The notes beneath the pieces are model-generated. The model saw only the letters and a program-made list of their open reading frames with translations, was not told the origin of the DNA and did no database searches. From the NCBI GenBank assembly GCA_003166335.1, contig PMWA01000072.1, positions 1 through 29,931 of the forward strand: a DNA stretch of 29,931 nt, in the 5' to 3' direction. This document shows, one piece after another, positions 1 through 10,652 of this stretch. Every line of letters starts with the position of its first letter. Positions within the stretch are counted from its first letter, which is position 1. This DNA comes from Methanobacterium sp. (GTDB lineage Archaea > Methanobacteriota > Methanobacteria > Methanobacteriales > Methanobacteriaceae). The position numbers and the translations under genes are program-made.

Positions 1-1026
1 AGGAGCTAACTTTGAAACATACTTCAGCATCTGAGATTTACCAATACCTGGATCCCCAACTATTAATATGTGTATATCTCCCCTAATACGGATTTTATCT
101 TCCAATGTTTTGGCCGAACCACCAAAAAGTTGCAGTGCAATGGCTTCTTTAATTTCCCGATAACCATGTATAGATGGTGCAGTGGACTTTATTATTTTAT
201 TGTAAACGTCAGGATCAGCTGCTAATTTTTTTATTTCCTCCTCATCTTCTGGAGATATTTTTAATTCCTGAAATTCCTGTTCTAACTGTTCAATATAATT
301 TCCGTAGATGTAGTTATTGAAGCGTTTGGTTTTATCATCTCGTGAGGTTTTGAGATTGCCAGTTATTCTAACAATATCACCAGGTATTAATGAATCCACC
401 ATGTCGTCTTCCAAAATTACAGCTATTTGTCGTGGTTGTTCTCCACCAGAAAGATTGTCTAGTGGTTCCTGTAATTTAGTGGTTTGAGTATCCATGAATT
501 CTGATTCTTCTTGTAACAGACGGAAGGATCTACCTCCACATTCTTGACAAAGGGCAGGTTCACTTATAAGGCTGGAGGTCTGCGGGATTTCATGAAGTCT
601 CATACAACTTCTACACTCAAATGTAGCGGTTACTATTCTGGGGCGGATTTCATCAGTTTTACGTACAATACCATCCACAGCCACGAATTTACCAATGTAT
701 TTGCTTCGCAAGAAACGTAGTGGTACGTTGTTTCTAATGTTTTCAAAGCGGATTTTAAGATCTGCATTTTTACGCAGAGGATCAATGTTTCGTATTGCTT
801 TTTGAGCAGCTTTTATAACTTCTTCTGGTTTATCGATTAAAAGGTCTGCTAGATCCGGGTAGAACATTTCCAGTTCTGAATAATTTACCACTATAGATCT
901 CTGTTCGGGATATTTCTCTAGAGCATCAAAAACTTTATCTTTGTATTTATCGCTGCTAAAGAAATCTTCAAATTTAGCAACTGAGGTTTTAGTTTTATCG
1001 GTTGTTGGTTCAACTGAAGTGGGCAT
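1..1026 (-). CDS. mcm: Replicative helicase MCM, 5' part (runs off the left edge)
   Basis: Not in the ORF track. Manual translation from ATG at 1026: [24 protein letters not shown]...[38 protein letters not shown] (Zn finger)...[25 protein letters not shown] (Walker A). Confidence 0.97.
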   Translation of the reverse strand, partial: MPTSVEPTTDKTKTSVAKFEDFFSSDKYKDKVFDALEKYPEQRSIVVNYSELEMFYPDLADLLIDKPEEVIKAAQKAIRNIDPLRKNADLKIRFENIRNNVPLRFLRSKYIGKFVAVDGIVRKTDEIRPRIVTATFECRSCMRLHEIPQTSSLISEPALCQECGGRSFRLLQEESEFMDTQTTKLQEPLDNLSGGEQPRQIAVILEDDMVDSLIPGDIVRITGNLKTSRDDKTKRFNNYIYGNYIEQLEQEFQELKISPEDEEEIKKLAADPDVYNKIIKSTAPSIHGYREIKEAIALQLFGGSAKTLEDKIRIRGDIHILIVGDPGIGKSQMLKYVSKLAP

Positions 1027-1142
1027 TGTTAGAATATTCTCCTATTAATTAAAAAATTTAATAATTAAAAAAATGTTATATTAGAATTATCTCTTTTAAG
1101 GTTAGAGTTAAATAGGATTAAATGGCATATATCTCATTATGG

Positions 1143-1158
1143 TATATAAAAAGTTTTT
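1143..1158 (-). promoter_or_regulatory. Putative BRE/TATA promoter of mcm
   Basis: Minus strand reads AAAAACTTTTTATATA about 115 nt upstream of the mcm ATG. Confidence 0.45.
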
Positions 1159-1393
1159 GAGAGCCTTTAATCATTTTATGGGGGATATTTTAGTTATTTT
1201 ATAGATTGGATATGTAGTGTATTTATAGAATTTAATTGATATAAATGTGATACTATTTTATATGTGAAGTAAAATTAATTAATATAAATGTTTATACTTA
1301 TTCATATTAATGAGTTATTTATTATTATTTGATACACTTAATATGTGAGTAAAAAAAAATATTTAATTTAATGACAGTAATGAGGAGGATAAA

Positions 1394-1831
1394 TTGAAAA
1401 GGTCTCGTTTAAATTTATTTAAAGCAACTTCTATGACAATATCTATCTTAGGAATAGTTATGATTCTGGTTACCTTAGTTGTAGTAGGATATCTAGGCTT
1501 CCAAGCCGTTTCATCAACCATAAGTACCAATGTAGGTAGTGGTACTTCTTATGACAAAATAGCTGATTTAAATTCGGATTTCGATAGCCTTCAAACGCAG
1601 TATAATTCGACGAAAGAAACCGTGGACAGTAGGAATAATCAAAATTTAACACAAGAATATGATAATGCAGAAATACAGTTGATCCAAGCTCAAAGTGATA
1701 TATCGGCTGCACAAAGTGCGATAGAATCTCATCAATCTCCGGAAGAAATACAGAATAGGATAAACGTAGCCCAAACACAGTTAGATACAGCTAGTAATAG
1801 TCTTAACAATTTAAATTCCCAGCTGGGTTAA
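1394..1831 (+). CDS. Membrane-anchored coiled-coil hypothetical protein
   Basis: GAGGAGG RBS before the TTG start; one N-terminal hydrophobic helix followed by Q/N/S-rich helical heptads. Confidence 0.8.
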   Translation: MKRSRLNLFKATSMTISILGIVMILVTLVVVGYLGFQAVSSTISTNVGSGTSYDKIADLNSDFDSLQTQYNSTKETVDSRNNQNLTQEYDNAEIQLIQAQSDISAAQSAIESHQSPEEIQNRINVAQTQLDTASNSLNNLNSQLG

Positions 1832-1841
1832 AAAAAAAATA

Positions 1842-2468
1842 TTAGACTTTTTTTTTAATTTCTAATAAATCTCGAGCTAAAAAATACATTTCCACACTTT
1901 TCTTCTTGGATGAAGGAGGTTTGGTTGTTTTAACTGTTTTGAATCCCATCTTAATTTTTTTTAGGAGATTTTCAAATTCTTCACCCTGGAATGCTTTTAT
2001 GACTAAGATTCCATGAGGTTTCAAGAGGGATTGACTGATCTTAAGCACGTTTTCCGCAAGTTCCAAAGATCTTATTTGATCTATATCTTTTACACCACTA
2101 AGTTTAGGAGATGCATCTGACAAGACTACATCAGCTTTTTTATTCGAAACCTGTTTGATTCTCTTAAGAGTTTCTTCATCAGTGAAATCTCCCCGAATTC
2201 CCACGAAGGTCCCTTCATTTTCTATGGGTTTAATTCTCTGTAGATCCACACCTACTACTAAGCCATATTCTCCTACCTTTTCTAAGGCCACTTGGGACCA
2301 TCCTCCCGGGGCAGCTCCTAAATCAACTACATAATCTCCTTTTTTGATAATTCTGAATTTTTTATTCAACTGAAGAAGTTTATAGGAGGCTCTGGAGTAG
2401 TAGTTCTCTTTTTTAGCCTTCTTGTGATATTCATCATGTTTTCGTTCGTTATCCCATTTTTTACTCAT
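1842..2468 (-). CDS. rlmE: 23S rRNA 2'-O-methyltransferase RlmE (FtsJ/RrmJ)
   Basis: Yx[40 protein letters not shown] motifs. Confidence 0.96.
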   Translation of the reverse strand: MSKKWDNERKHDEYHKKAKKENYYSRASYKLLQLNKKFRIIKKGDYVVDLGAAPGGWSQVALEKVGEYGLVVGVDLQRIKPIENEGTFVGIRGDFTDEETLKRIKQVSNKKADVVLSDASPKLSGVKDIDQIRSLELAENVLKISQSLLKPHGILVIKAFQGEEFENLLKKIKMGFKTVKTTKPPSSKKKSVEMYFLARDLLEIKKKV

Positions 2469-2995
2469 TTTATATTCGTTCCTTTTAAATTAAGCATCTT
2501 ACAGGTGGGTTCTCCAATTTTAATTATTTCACTATCTATTGTATTATTTTCTATTTTAAGAAGCATAACTGTAGGATCTGACATTCGAGGTACGGTGGGG
2601 CTTCCGGGATTTAAGAGAAGTATTTTACCTATTTTGTTTATAAATGCCCAATGAGTGTGTCCGGTAATCAGGACATTAACATCCATTTCTAAAGCAATAT
2701 ATTTAAGTTGCTGAGTATCCCCCCTAGGATAAACCTCGCCATGATCCAGGCCTATTTTAAATTTCTCCACTGTTATAATATTTCTTTTTGGAAGATTTAA
2801 ACCATAATATTGGTCCATATTCCCCTGAACACATACTGTAGGTGCTATTTTTTTTAATTGTTCAATCACGCTTATGGATACTACATCTCCGGCATGTAAA
2901 ATCATATTCACATCCTTAAATACTTCAAAAACAGTTTTTGGTATTTCATCTGCTCTTTCAGGTATATGAGTGTCAGATATTACGCCTATTAACAA
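2465..2995 (-). CDS. YfcE/MJ0936-family metallophosphoesterase
   Basis: SDTH, HAGD, GNMD, HG, GHTH, NPGS motifs; 4-nt overlap with rlmE. Confidence 0.93.
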   Translation of the reverse strand: MLIGVISDTHIPERADEIPKTVFEVFKDVNMILHAGDVVSISVIEQLKKIAPTVCVQGNMDQYYGLNLPKRNIITVEKFKIGLDHGEVYPRGDTQQLKYIALEMDVNVLITGHTHWAFINKIGKILLLNPGSPTVPRMSDPTVMLLKIENNTIDSEIIKIGEPTCKMLNLKGTNIK

Positions 2996-3183
2996 TTTAA
3001 TACCTCTGATTTGTTTGTATAAAAAATATTATTAGCATTTGCTTTCTAACAAGCTTTTATATTTAATTACAGAATGGAATAATATAATATTTAGGAAAAA
3101 TTAGTAGAAAACTTTTTACTAACTATAATATATTAAATAAATAAATTAATAAAAATCATAATTCTTACCTATTGGTAATTAAT

Positions 3184-3197
3184 GCAAAGTTTATATA
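3184..3197 (+). promoter_or_regulatory. Putative BRE/TATA promoter of topA
   Basis: GCAAAGTTTATATA about 100 nt upstream of the start codon. Confidence 0.4.
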
Positions 3198-3295
3198 CTA
3201 CAATTTAACTGTTCAATTAATTAAATATTACATTCCTTAGAATAATGAATCAATTATTATATAGATATTTGAAATTTTTAATTTGAGTGATATTT

Positions 3296-5422
3296 ATGCA
3301 TGAAGTCATTATATGCGAGAAACCTAAAGCATCTGAGAAGATATCTGCTGCATTGCCAGGTGAAACTGTTAAAAAAAATTATAAACGAGTTCCTTACTAT
3401 GAAGTGGTAGAAAATGATAAAAAAACAACAGTCTTAGCTGCAGTTGGACATTTATACTCTCTAGCATCTGCTAACCAAAGAAAAAATAAAATATTTGATT
3501 TAGAATGGGTGCCTCTTTATGAAAAAGATAAAACAAAAAAATACACCAAAGATTACATAAATGCCATAAAAAAACTTTCAAAAGGTGCCGATAAATTTGT
3601 ACACGCATGTGATTATGATATAGAAGGAACACTAATAGGATACAATGCTTTAAAATATGCTTGTGGTTCTGATAGTCTTGAGAATACGGTTAGAATGAAA
3701 TTTTCTACCCTTACTGATGAAGACATCTTAAATGCTTACGAAAATCCCATACCATTAGATATTAATCAAGTCAACAGTGGAATTGCTCGTCATGTTCTTG
3801 ATTTTTTATTCGGTGTTAATATATCTAAATATCTCACCGATGCAGTAACGAAGGCTACTAAAAGATATATACAGCTTTCAGCAGGGAGAGTGCAAACACC
3901 CACTCTTTCTATATTAGTGGAACGTGAAAAAGAGATATCAAAATTTGAACCAGTACCCTATTGGCTTATAAAAGCCTATGTTGAACAGGAAATCATCGCA
4001 GATCATAAGAAGGGAAAAATTTTCAATAGACAGGATGCAGAGGAAATTCTATCAGAATGTAATGATAAACCTGTAGTGGTTAAAAAAATTAACCTCAGAA
4101 AAACCAAGAAAATTCCTCCAGTCCCATTTGATTTAGGATCCCTCCAATCAGAAGCATACTCACTTTTTAGATTTAACCCGAAAAAAACCCAGCAAATAGC
4201 CCAGAATTTATATGCTGAGGGTTACACATCCTATCCCCGTACTTCATCACAGAAACTTCCCAAAAGTATTGGATACGATAAAATACTTAAAAAACTCTCC
4301 CTAAGCACAGCATTCAAAAAACAAATATCTAAACTTAAAGAACCGCACAAACCCCATGAAGGTAAGAAAAAAGATGAAGCACACCCATCCATACATCCTA
4401 CCGGAGTTTTACCTAAAAAATTAGGCAGTGACTACCAAAAACTTTACGAACTCATAGTTTTCAGATTTATAAGTGTCTTTGGTGAAGATGCTATCGTAGA
4501 ATCCATGAAAACAGATTTAACTATCGGAAAAGAGGAGTTTACTTTCACTAGGAAAAGAACAGTTGAATTAGGATGGCAAGAACAGTATCCATATAGAAGT
4601 GTGGAAAATGATGATTTTCCTCTTATTAAAGAAGGTGACAATTTAAAAGCTGAAGTAAAAGATGAGGAGAAGGAAACTAAACCTCCTGCAAGATATAATC
4701 AAGCTTCTTTGATAAGAGAATTGGATAAAAGGGGATTAGGAACTAAATCAACCAGAGCTAATATAATCTCTATTTTATATGATAGGAAATACGTGGAAGG
4801 CCAGAAAATAGAGGTCAATGTACTGGGTGAACAGCTTATTGACACTTTAAAGAAATATTCAGAGAAAATTACAAGTGAAGAACTTACAAGAGAGTTTGAA
4901 ACAGAGCTTGAAAGTATAATGGAAGGTAAAATTAATAAAGATAAGATTATAGATGAAGCTAAAGTTGAAATAACCTCCATATTGGATGATATTGAAAAAA
5001 ATAAGCTTCAAATAGGCAATGAACTTTATCAAGCTTATCGGAAAGGAATGATTGTAGGGGAATGTAAATGTGGAAATAACCTTATCTTAATAGGTTCTCC
5101 ACGTGGCGAACCATTTGTAGGATGTTCAGGATATCCGGAATGTAAATCAACTTATTCACTTCCCCGGGGAGCATCAATACTTAAAACTAAATGCGAAAAA
5201 TGCAGCCTTCCCATGATTTCATTTGGAAAACCTAGACAAAGAGCCTGCCTAGATCCTAAATGCGGTCAAGATGGAAAGGAACCATCCAATGAGGTGGTTG
5301 GCGAATGCCCTGAATGTGGGGGCGATCTTATAAAGAGAAAAGGACGTTATGGAGAGTTTATAGGATGCAAAAGCTTCCCAAAATGCAGATTCACTAAGTC
5401 AATCGAAGAAAAAGTCACTTAA
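3296..5422 (+). CDS. topA: Type IA DNA topoisomerase
   Basis: TOPRIM (ICEKP, DYDIEG), [10 protein letters not shown], catalytic [13 protein letters not shown], three C-terminal Zn ribbons. ATG 3296 preferred over GTG 3287 because GAGTGA fits as RBS. Confidence 0.97.
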   Translation: MHEVIICEKPKASEKISAALPGETVKKNYKRVPYYEVVENDKKTTVLAAVGHLYSLASANQRKNKIFDLEWVPLYEKDKTKKYTKDYINAIKKLSKGADKFVHACDYDIEGTLIGYNALKYACGSDSLENTVRMKFSTLTDEDILNAYENPIPLDINQVNSGIARHVLDFLFGVNISKYLTDAVTKATKRYIQLSAGRVQTPTLSILVEREKEISKFEPVPYWLIKAYVEQEIIADHKKGKIFNRQDAEEILSECNDKPVVVKKINLRKTKKIPPVPFDLGSLQSEAYSLFRFNPKKTQQIAQNLYAEGYTSYPRTSSQKLPKSIGYDKILKKLSLSTAFKKQISKLKEPHKPHEGKKKDEAHPSIHPTGVLPKKLGSDYQKLYELIVFRFISVFGEDAIVESMKTDLTIGKEEFTFTRKRTVELGWQEQYPYRSVENDDFPLIKEGDNLKAEVKDEEKETKPPARYNQASLIRELDKRGLGTKSTRANIISILYDRKYVEGQKIEVNVLGEQLIDTLKKYSEKITSEELTREFETELESIMEGKINKDKIIDEAKVEITSILDDIEKNKLQIGNELYQAYRKGMIVGECKCGNNLILIGSPRGEPFVGCSGYPECKSTYSLPRGASILKTKCEKCSLPMISFGKPRQRACLDPKCGQDGKEPSNEVVGECPECGGDLIKRKGRYGEFIGCKSFPKCRFTKSIEEKVT

Positions 5423-5567
5423 ATACTATCTTTTAATATAATAATCACTATATCAATAAACATGGGTATAGATAAAATACTCTAAATGATGAAAGATTCA
5501 AAGATTTATGTAACTATGCGAAATAGGTGACGGGTTCATTGGTTTTTCTTTGGCTAAGGAAGATCTA

Positions 5568-5731
5568 CTAATTGTTTATGTATGTAAAAAATAAAACTAA
5601 ATACACTAAAACAATTCCAATATTGACGAGTAACGTTGCCAGAATAAATGCCTAAGGAATAGGTAATCTACGCTGAATATGATGATAGCTAGAACCACTA
5701 CAGATAGAATCTTAATTGATGTTTCAACCAT
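5568..5731 (-). pseudogene. Small two-helix membrane protein (54 aa if repaired) with a 1-nt frameshift
   Basis: ATG 5731 gives MVETSIKILSVVVLAIIIFSVDYLFLRHLFWQR; adding one T near 5632 continues LLVNIGIVLVYLVLFFTYINN to TAG at 5568. Confidence 0.65.
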
Positions 5732-6167
5732 TTTTAATCATCCGTTTTTTTTATATAGATGGATAATGGATATAAGCTTTTACATCTATTAAGTTGTTAA
5801 ATCAGCTTTGCATCTACTTTTTTTATATAGACGAATAATAAATAATTTTTATTATATTAAACGATCAGAGAAATACGAAAAAATTTGCGGTTTAAATATT
5901 TTTTATTAAAACAACTTCAACTAAACCATTGAATAAAACCAATAAAAAATTTCGTATTTGAATAATATCAATTTTAAAATAAATTTTTTTATTAATAACA
6001 ATGATAATTTTATATCACTAAATAAAGAATAAGATATATTGCTATAATTAATTATTTATTAAACAAGAAATTTTTATAAAAGTAAATATTATTATTTTAA
6101 TTTCATAAGAATTTGGGCATAATTATTTATAATAATTTCATTCAATCATTTCATGAGGTATCATAAT

Positions 6168-8666
6168 ATGGGTGTAAAAGAAGTTTTAAATAAATATAAA
6201 CCATTAATTATTATTATATTATTATTCACATTGGCTTTCTCACTTAGAGCGGAGGCTGTGAATATTTCAGGAGTTCCGCAGATAGAAAAATCATTATATG
6301 AGAATTCCAATGGAGTTCCATATTTCAGTGAGATAGATTCCTATTACAACCTTCGAAATACTCAAACTTACTTGGCACATGGATACATAGGGGATACGGT
6401 GATTAATGGCACGGATTGGGATTCACTTTCCTATGCACCTCCCGGATCACCGTCAACCACTGCACCAATGATTGTCTACTTAACAGCTTTTACTTATAAA
6501 TTCGTTAATCTATTTGCTAAGGTACCTTTAACCACAGTAGCATTTTGGTTGCCCGCTTTTATAGGATCTTTAGTTGTAATACCTGCATATCTATTCGTGA
6601 GGAGAATAACTAACGATTATGGAGGAATAACAGCTGCAATATTAGCTGCAACGGCTCCCGCATATTTTTCACATAACTTCGCAGGATTTTTCACCACAGA
6701 AATGTTCAATGTACTTCTACCCCTACTGATTGTATGGTTCTTCGTAGAGAGCATTCGGGCAAATAATATGAGAAATCGGAGCATATTTATAGTTTTATCG
6801 GCCCTGATCTTATATATATTCTCTCTATCTTGGTTCGGATGGATTTATAGTTTCTATTTGATAATAGGAGTAGCTATTGTTTATTTAATTGTATCTCACC
6901 TTCTCAAATTTGAAACAATTAAAAAAAGATCCGATTATAATAATATAGGAAGATGGTTCATTGATCAACCAACATTATTCGCGTTAGTGATTTTCATTGT
7001 TTTAGGTATAATTTTCACCCTGATTTCAGTGGGTCCTTCCAGTTTCATCAGCACTATTTTAGAACCATTAGGGTTCACCCAACTACAAGCATCAACATTA
7101 GCCCATTCAACCTATCCCAACGCTCTAGTATCAGTAGCAGAACTACAAATACCTTCAATTATTGATACTATAAGTGATATTGGAGGTTATGTAGTTCTAG
7201 CATTTGCTGCAATAGGTGTTTTCCTGTTATTCTGGCGTTTAAGAACTACAAAAGAAGAGAAACCTCCTGAAGAGAAACCTCAAAATGTAAGATCTAATAA
7301 AAGACGTAGTAAAAGATACAAAAGCAAAAATAAGAATTCAAAAAATCAAAATAATCAAAGTAATAAGAAAACTCAAACAGATAAAAAATATATTATTCCT
7401 GAGTTAACTGGTCGAGAAAAGAATGTTTATCTTTTATATGGTATTTTGTTAGTTATATGGATTCTAACAATGACTTATGCTTTAAAAGAAGGAGTAAGAT
7501 TTGCATTAGAACTATCCACACCATTAGCGTTAGGAGCTGGAATTTTTATAGGATTAATATATGAATATGTTAAAAAATATACCAATGTTCCTAGTTACCG
7601 AACCATAGTAATGGCAATTTTAATAATTATAGCAGTATTTTCATCAGTTTCGAGTGCATATAGTATCTCTTCAAGTGTGGTTCCTGGAACTGACACTGCT
7701 ATGGTAAATTCCTTAAACTGGATAAAAATGAATACACCTAACAATACTGTGATAACGTCATGGTGGGATTTCGGTTATTTATTCGAATATTATGGTGATC
7801 GTCCATCAACTTGGGATGGAGGAAATCAGAATACTCCTCGGGCTTATTGGGTTGGTGAAGCACTTTATACGGATAATGAAAGCTTATCAGTTGGTATATT
7901 GTCAATGTTAGCTAACAGTGGAGATTTAGCCCCACAGGCTATGGATAATTATACGAATAATACGGGAAAGAGTGTGCAAATATTGAATAGTATATTAGGT
8001 GTGGATAATACTACAGCGTATAATATAATGACTACTCAATATAATTTAAGTCCAGCTCAGGCTCAAACCATACTTAATTACACTCACCCTGCGAATCCAA
8101 CACCATTTGTGTTGATAACCAGTTCTGACATGATAGATAAGGCGTATTGGTGGTCTTACTTTGGTAATTGGAATTTCCAAACTAATAATAGTACAGGCTA
8201 TAATTATGAAGAGGGACAAGCAACCGTTGTACCTAGCAATGAAACAGGATTGAGCAGTAATACTACACTACTTGTATCAAATGATAATGCTGTAGTTGCT
8301 CAAATCGTTAATAATAATGTTTCAGCAGGATTGATAAATACTCAACTACTTCAGAATGAAAATCTAAGTACATCTGAATTAACTAGTCAACTTGTAAGTG
8401 GATTGCAAGGCAACAATAGTCTAGTGGTACAACCGAATCAACTTATAGTGATTCAAGGTAACAATGTGACTCAAAATGAAACTGTAAATAGTAACAGTCC
8501 AATTTCCATGATCATAAATGATCAAAACGGAACTATCGATACTGTAGTTATGAATACGCAGTTGATGAACTCCATGTTCACCAGACTTTATCTTTTAGGA
8601 GGAATGGGTCTTAATCAATATAAACTGGTTGAAGCACAGCCTGGAGTGTTTGTTTGGACAGGATGA
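6168..8666 (+). CDS. aglB: Oligosaccharyltransferase AglB (STT3 family)
   Basis: Polytopic N-terminal half; EIDSYY, SVAEL, WWDFG, DGG and DMIDK motifs. ATG 6168 follows a GAGGT RBS (track start 6153). Confidence 0.95.
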   Translation: MGVKEVLNKYKPLIIIILLFTLAFSLRAEAVNISGVPQIEKSLYENSNGVPYFSEIDSYYNLRNTQTYLAHGYIGDTVINGTDWDSLSYAPPGSPSTTAPMIVYLTAFTYKFVNLFAKVPLTTVAFWLPAFIGSLVVIPAYLFVRRITNDYGGITAAILAATAPAYFSHNFAGFFTTEMFNVLLPLLIVWFFVESIRANNMRNRSIFIVLSALILYIFSLSWFGWIYSFYLIIGVAIVYLIVSHLLKFETIKKRSDYNNIGRWFIDQPTLFALVIFIVLGIIFTLISVGPSSFISTILEPLGFTQLQASTLAHSTYPNALVSVAELQIPSIIDTISDIGGYVVLAFAAIGVFLLFWRLRTTKEEKPPEEKPQNVRSNKRRSKRYKSKNKNSKNQNNQSNKKTQTDKKYIIPELTGREKNVYLLYGILLVIWILTMTYALKEGVRFALELSTPLALGAGIFIGLIYEYVKKYTNVPSYRTIVMAILIIIAVFSSVSSAYSISSSVVPGTDTAMVNSLNWIKMNTPNNTVITSWWDFGYLFEYYGDRPSTWDGGNQNTPRAYWVGEALYTDNESLSVGILSMLANSGDLAPQAMDNYTNNTGKSVQILNSILGVDNTTAYNIMTTQYNLSPAQAQTILNYTHPANPTPFVLITSSDMIDKAYWWSYFGNWNFQTNNSTGYNYEEGQATVVPSNETGLSSNTTLLVSNDNAVVAQIVNNNVSAGLINTQLLQNENLSTSELTSQLVSGLQGNNSLVVQPNQLIVIQGNNVTQNETVNSNSPISMIINDQNGTIDTVVMNTQLMNSMFTRLYLLGGMGLNQYKLVEAQPGVFVWTG

Positions 8667-8691
8667 AAATAATACTTTTATCCTCTTAAAG

Positions 8692-8747
8692 TTTTTTTTT
8701 ATAATATAAAAAGAGTCTTTTTTTTGAAATTAAAATTTCTTTTTTTT
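8692..8747 (+). terminator. Oligo-T terminator region after aglB
   Basis: Three T8-T9 runs downstream of the stop codon. Confidence 0.5.
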
Positions 8748-8927
8748 GAAATCATTATTCTAAGTTAATAAAAATGTTTTAAGTAAAAAATAAGTATAAT
8801 AACTATAAAAACAGATATAATTTAAATATTATAATGTTTACTCACTGATTCAGGTGTTTCACTTCTAAATAGAGTAAAGCAGACTCTTTTATTAATTTTA
8901 AACCAAATTGTAATAGTTGAAATTTTT

Positions 8928-10025
8928 ATGGCTGTCGATGATAGAATCAGTAAAATCGAAGAGGAGATAAAAAAAACTCCTTACAATAAGGCTACTTCCC
9001 ATCATATAGGGAAACTTAAAGCTAAATTGTCTCGACTTAAGGAAGAATCACTTCAGAGAAGTTCCTCTGGATATAAAGGAAAAGGTTTCCATATTAAAAA
9101 AAGTGGAGACTCCACTGCAGTACTAGTCGGCTTTCCCTCTGTTGGTAAATCCACCATCCTAAACCAGATTACCAATGCTGAATCAAAAATCGGTGCATAC
9201 GAGTTCACCACTCTAGATATCATCCCTGGTATTATGGAATACAAAGGAGCTCAAATACAAATATTTGACATTCCAGGTATAATTACAGGAGCTTCAAAGG
9301 GTAAAGGAAGGGGAAGAGAAATTCTTTCCGTGGCTAGAAATTCTGATTTAATACTGATGGTATTAGATGTTTTCAACCCTCAACATTTGAAAGTGATAAC
9401 AGAGGAACTCAGAAACATTGGAATAAGGCTTAATGAATCTATACCCGATGTAACAGTTAAAAAAAGTAAGATGGGTGGAATCAATTTATCATCAACTATT
9501 GAGCTTACACATATTGATGAGAAAACAATCAGATCCATATTAAATGAATATGGAATTCACAGTGCTGATGTTTTGATTAGAGATGATGTTACAATTGACC
9601 AATTCATAGATTCACTGGATACTAGTATCTGCTATATTCCCATGCTAATACTGGTGAATAAAATAGATTTAGCAGATGAAGAACATCTCCAGAAAATCCA
9701 ATTAGAAATGCCAGATGCACTATTAGTAGCTGCAGATCAAGGATTAAATATTGATAAACTTAAAGATAAAATATTCAACATATTAAAACTCATAAGAATA
9801 TATTTGAAGCCTCAAGGACGTAAAGCAGATTACAAAGAACCCTTAATAATTAGGAATAGGTCAACAGTGGGTGATGTGGCATTAAAATTACATCGGGATT
9901 TTGTTCGTAACTTCAGACAAGCCAGAGTATGGGGTTCATCAGTAAAGTTTCCAGGCCAAAAAGTGGGGTTGGAGCACGTACTACATGATGAAGATGTTTT
10001 GAGGATAATCGTTAAAAAGAGGTGA
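8928..10025 (+). CDS. DRG/Rbg1-family Obg-like GTPase with TGS domain
   Basis: [40 protein letters not shown] and a C-terminal TGS domain. Confidence 0.95.
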   Translation: MAVDDRISKIEEEIKKTPYNKATSHHIGKLKAKLSRLKEESLQRSSSGYKGKGFHIKKSGDSTAVLVGFPSVGKSTILNQITNAESKIGAYEFTTLDIIPGIMEYKGAQIQIFDIPGIITGASKGKGRGREILSVARNSDLILMVLDVFNPQHLKVITEELRNIGIRLNESIPDVTVKKSKMGGINLSSTIELTHIDEKTIRSILNEYGIHSADVLIRDDVTIDQFIDSLDTSICYIPMLILVNKIDLADEEHLQKIQLEMPDALLVAADQGLNIDKLKDKIFNILKLIRIYLKPQGRKADYKEPLIIRNRSTVGDVALKLHRDFVRNFRQARVWGSSVKFPGQKVGLEHVLHDEDVLRIIVKKR

Positions 10026-10032
10026 ATTAATT

Positions 10033-10575
10033 ATTATCTTATTAATAACTGGAACTCCCGGCACAGGTAAAAGTACAGTATCCCGTTTACTGGCGGAGTA
10101 CTTATCTATACCTCTTATTGATTTAAATCAATTAATTGAAGATGAACATCTTTACAGTGGATATCATCCGAAGTGGGGATTTAAAATTGTAGACTTAGAT
10201 GCCATGTGCAGTAAGGTAAATGAAATAATCGATAATTTAAAAACTAAAAAAGACATGGTAATTGTGGAAGGCCATTTAGCGCATTATTGTGAAGAAGCTG
10301 ATTTAGTGATTGTTCTCCGCGCTCATCCATCACTTTTAATGAAACGTCTCCATGCTAAGGGGTTTAATGATGCGAAAGTTCAGGAGAATATTGAAGCGGA
10401 GGCTCTGGATGTTTGTGCATTTGAAGCTTTTCAAATTCATAATGATAAGGTAAATGAAATTGATACTAGTTATAAAAATCCGTTGGAAGTGCGTGATCTT
10501 ATTATTAAAGTTATAAATGGTGAAGAACATTTTCTAGTGGGTAAAGTAGATTTTTTAGATTATCTAGATCTCTAA
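10033..10575 (+). CDS. AK6/Fap7-type adenylate kinase; no canonical start codon upstream of the P-loop
   Basis: The frame of track ORF 10204 is open upstream: IILLITGTPGTGKSTVS..., then the VEGH motif and RL..KG....KVQENIEAE. Start placed at ATT 10033 after GAGGTGA; the exact start is uncertain. Confidence 0.88.
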   Translation: MILLITGTPGTGKSTVSRLLAEYLSIPLIDLNQLIEDEHLYSGYHPKWGFKIVDLDAMCSKVNEIIDNLKTKKDMVIVEGHLAHYCEEADLVIVLRAHPSLLMKRLHAKGFNDAKVQENIEAEALDVCAFEAFQIHNDKVNEIDTSYKNPLEVRDLIIKVINGEEHFLVGKVDFLDYLDL

Positions 10576-10637
10576 AAAAAATTAATATGATTTTAATTTG
10601 TAATTCTTTCTTAAAATTTCCATGAATTTATAAAATG

Positions 10638-10652
10638 GAAAAGCTTTTTAAA
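10638..10652 (+). promoter_or_regulatory. Putative BRE/TATA promoter of the rnp4-rps19e cluster
   Basis: GAAAAGCTTTTTAAA, a typical purine-rich BRE plus TATA. Confidence 0.45.

Noticed and set aside
1..1026. Intein in MCM
   Set aside because: The visible part is colinear with intein-free MCM through Walker A.
1027..1393. Replication origin in the AT-rich gap next to mcm
   Set aside because: Only weak ORB-like matches (e.g. ATACACTTAATAT); explained as a divergent promoter region.
5486..5545. C/D box sRNA starting at ATGATGA
   Set aside because: No CTGA D box at a suitable distance and no terminal stem.
8709..8890. 10-bp inverted repeat AAAAGAGTCT / AGACTCTTTT with inner TTTACTC / GAGTAAA hairpin, as a MITE or ncRNA
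   Set aside because: Short and AT-rich, no target duplication, no second copy in the window.
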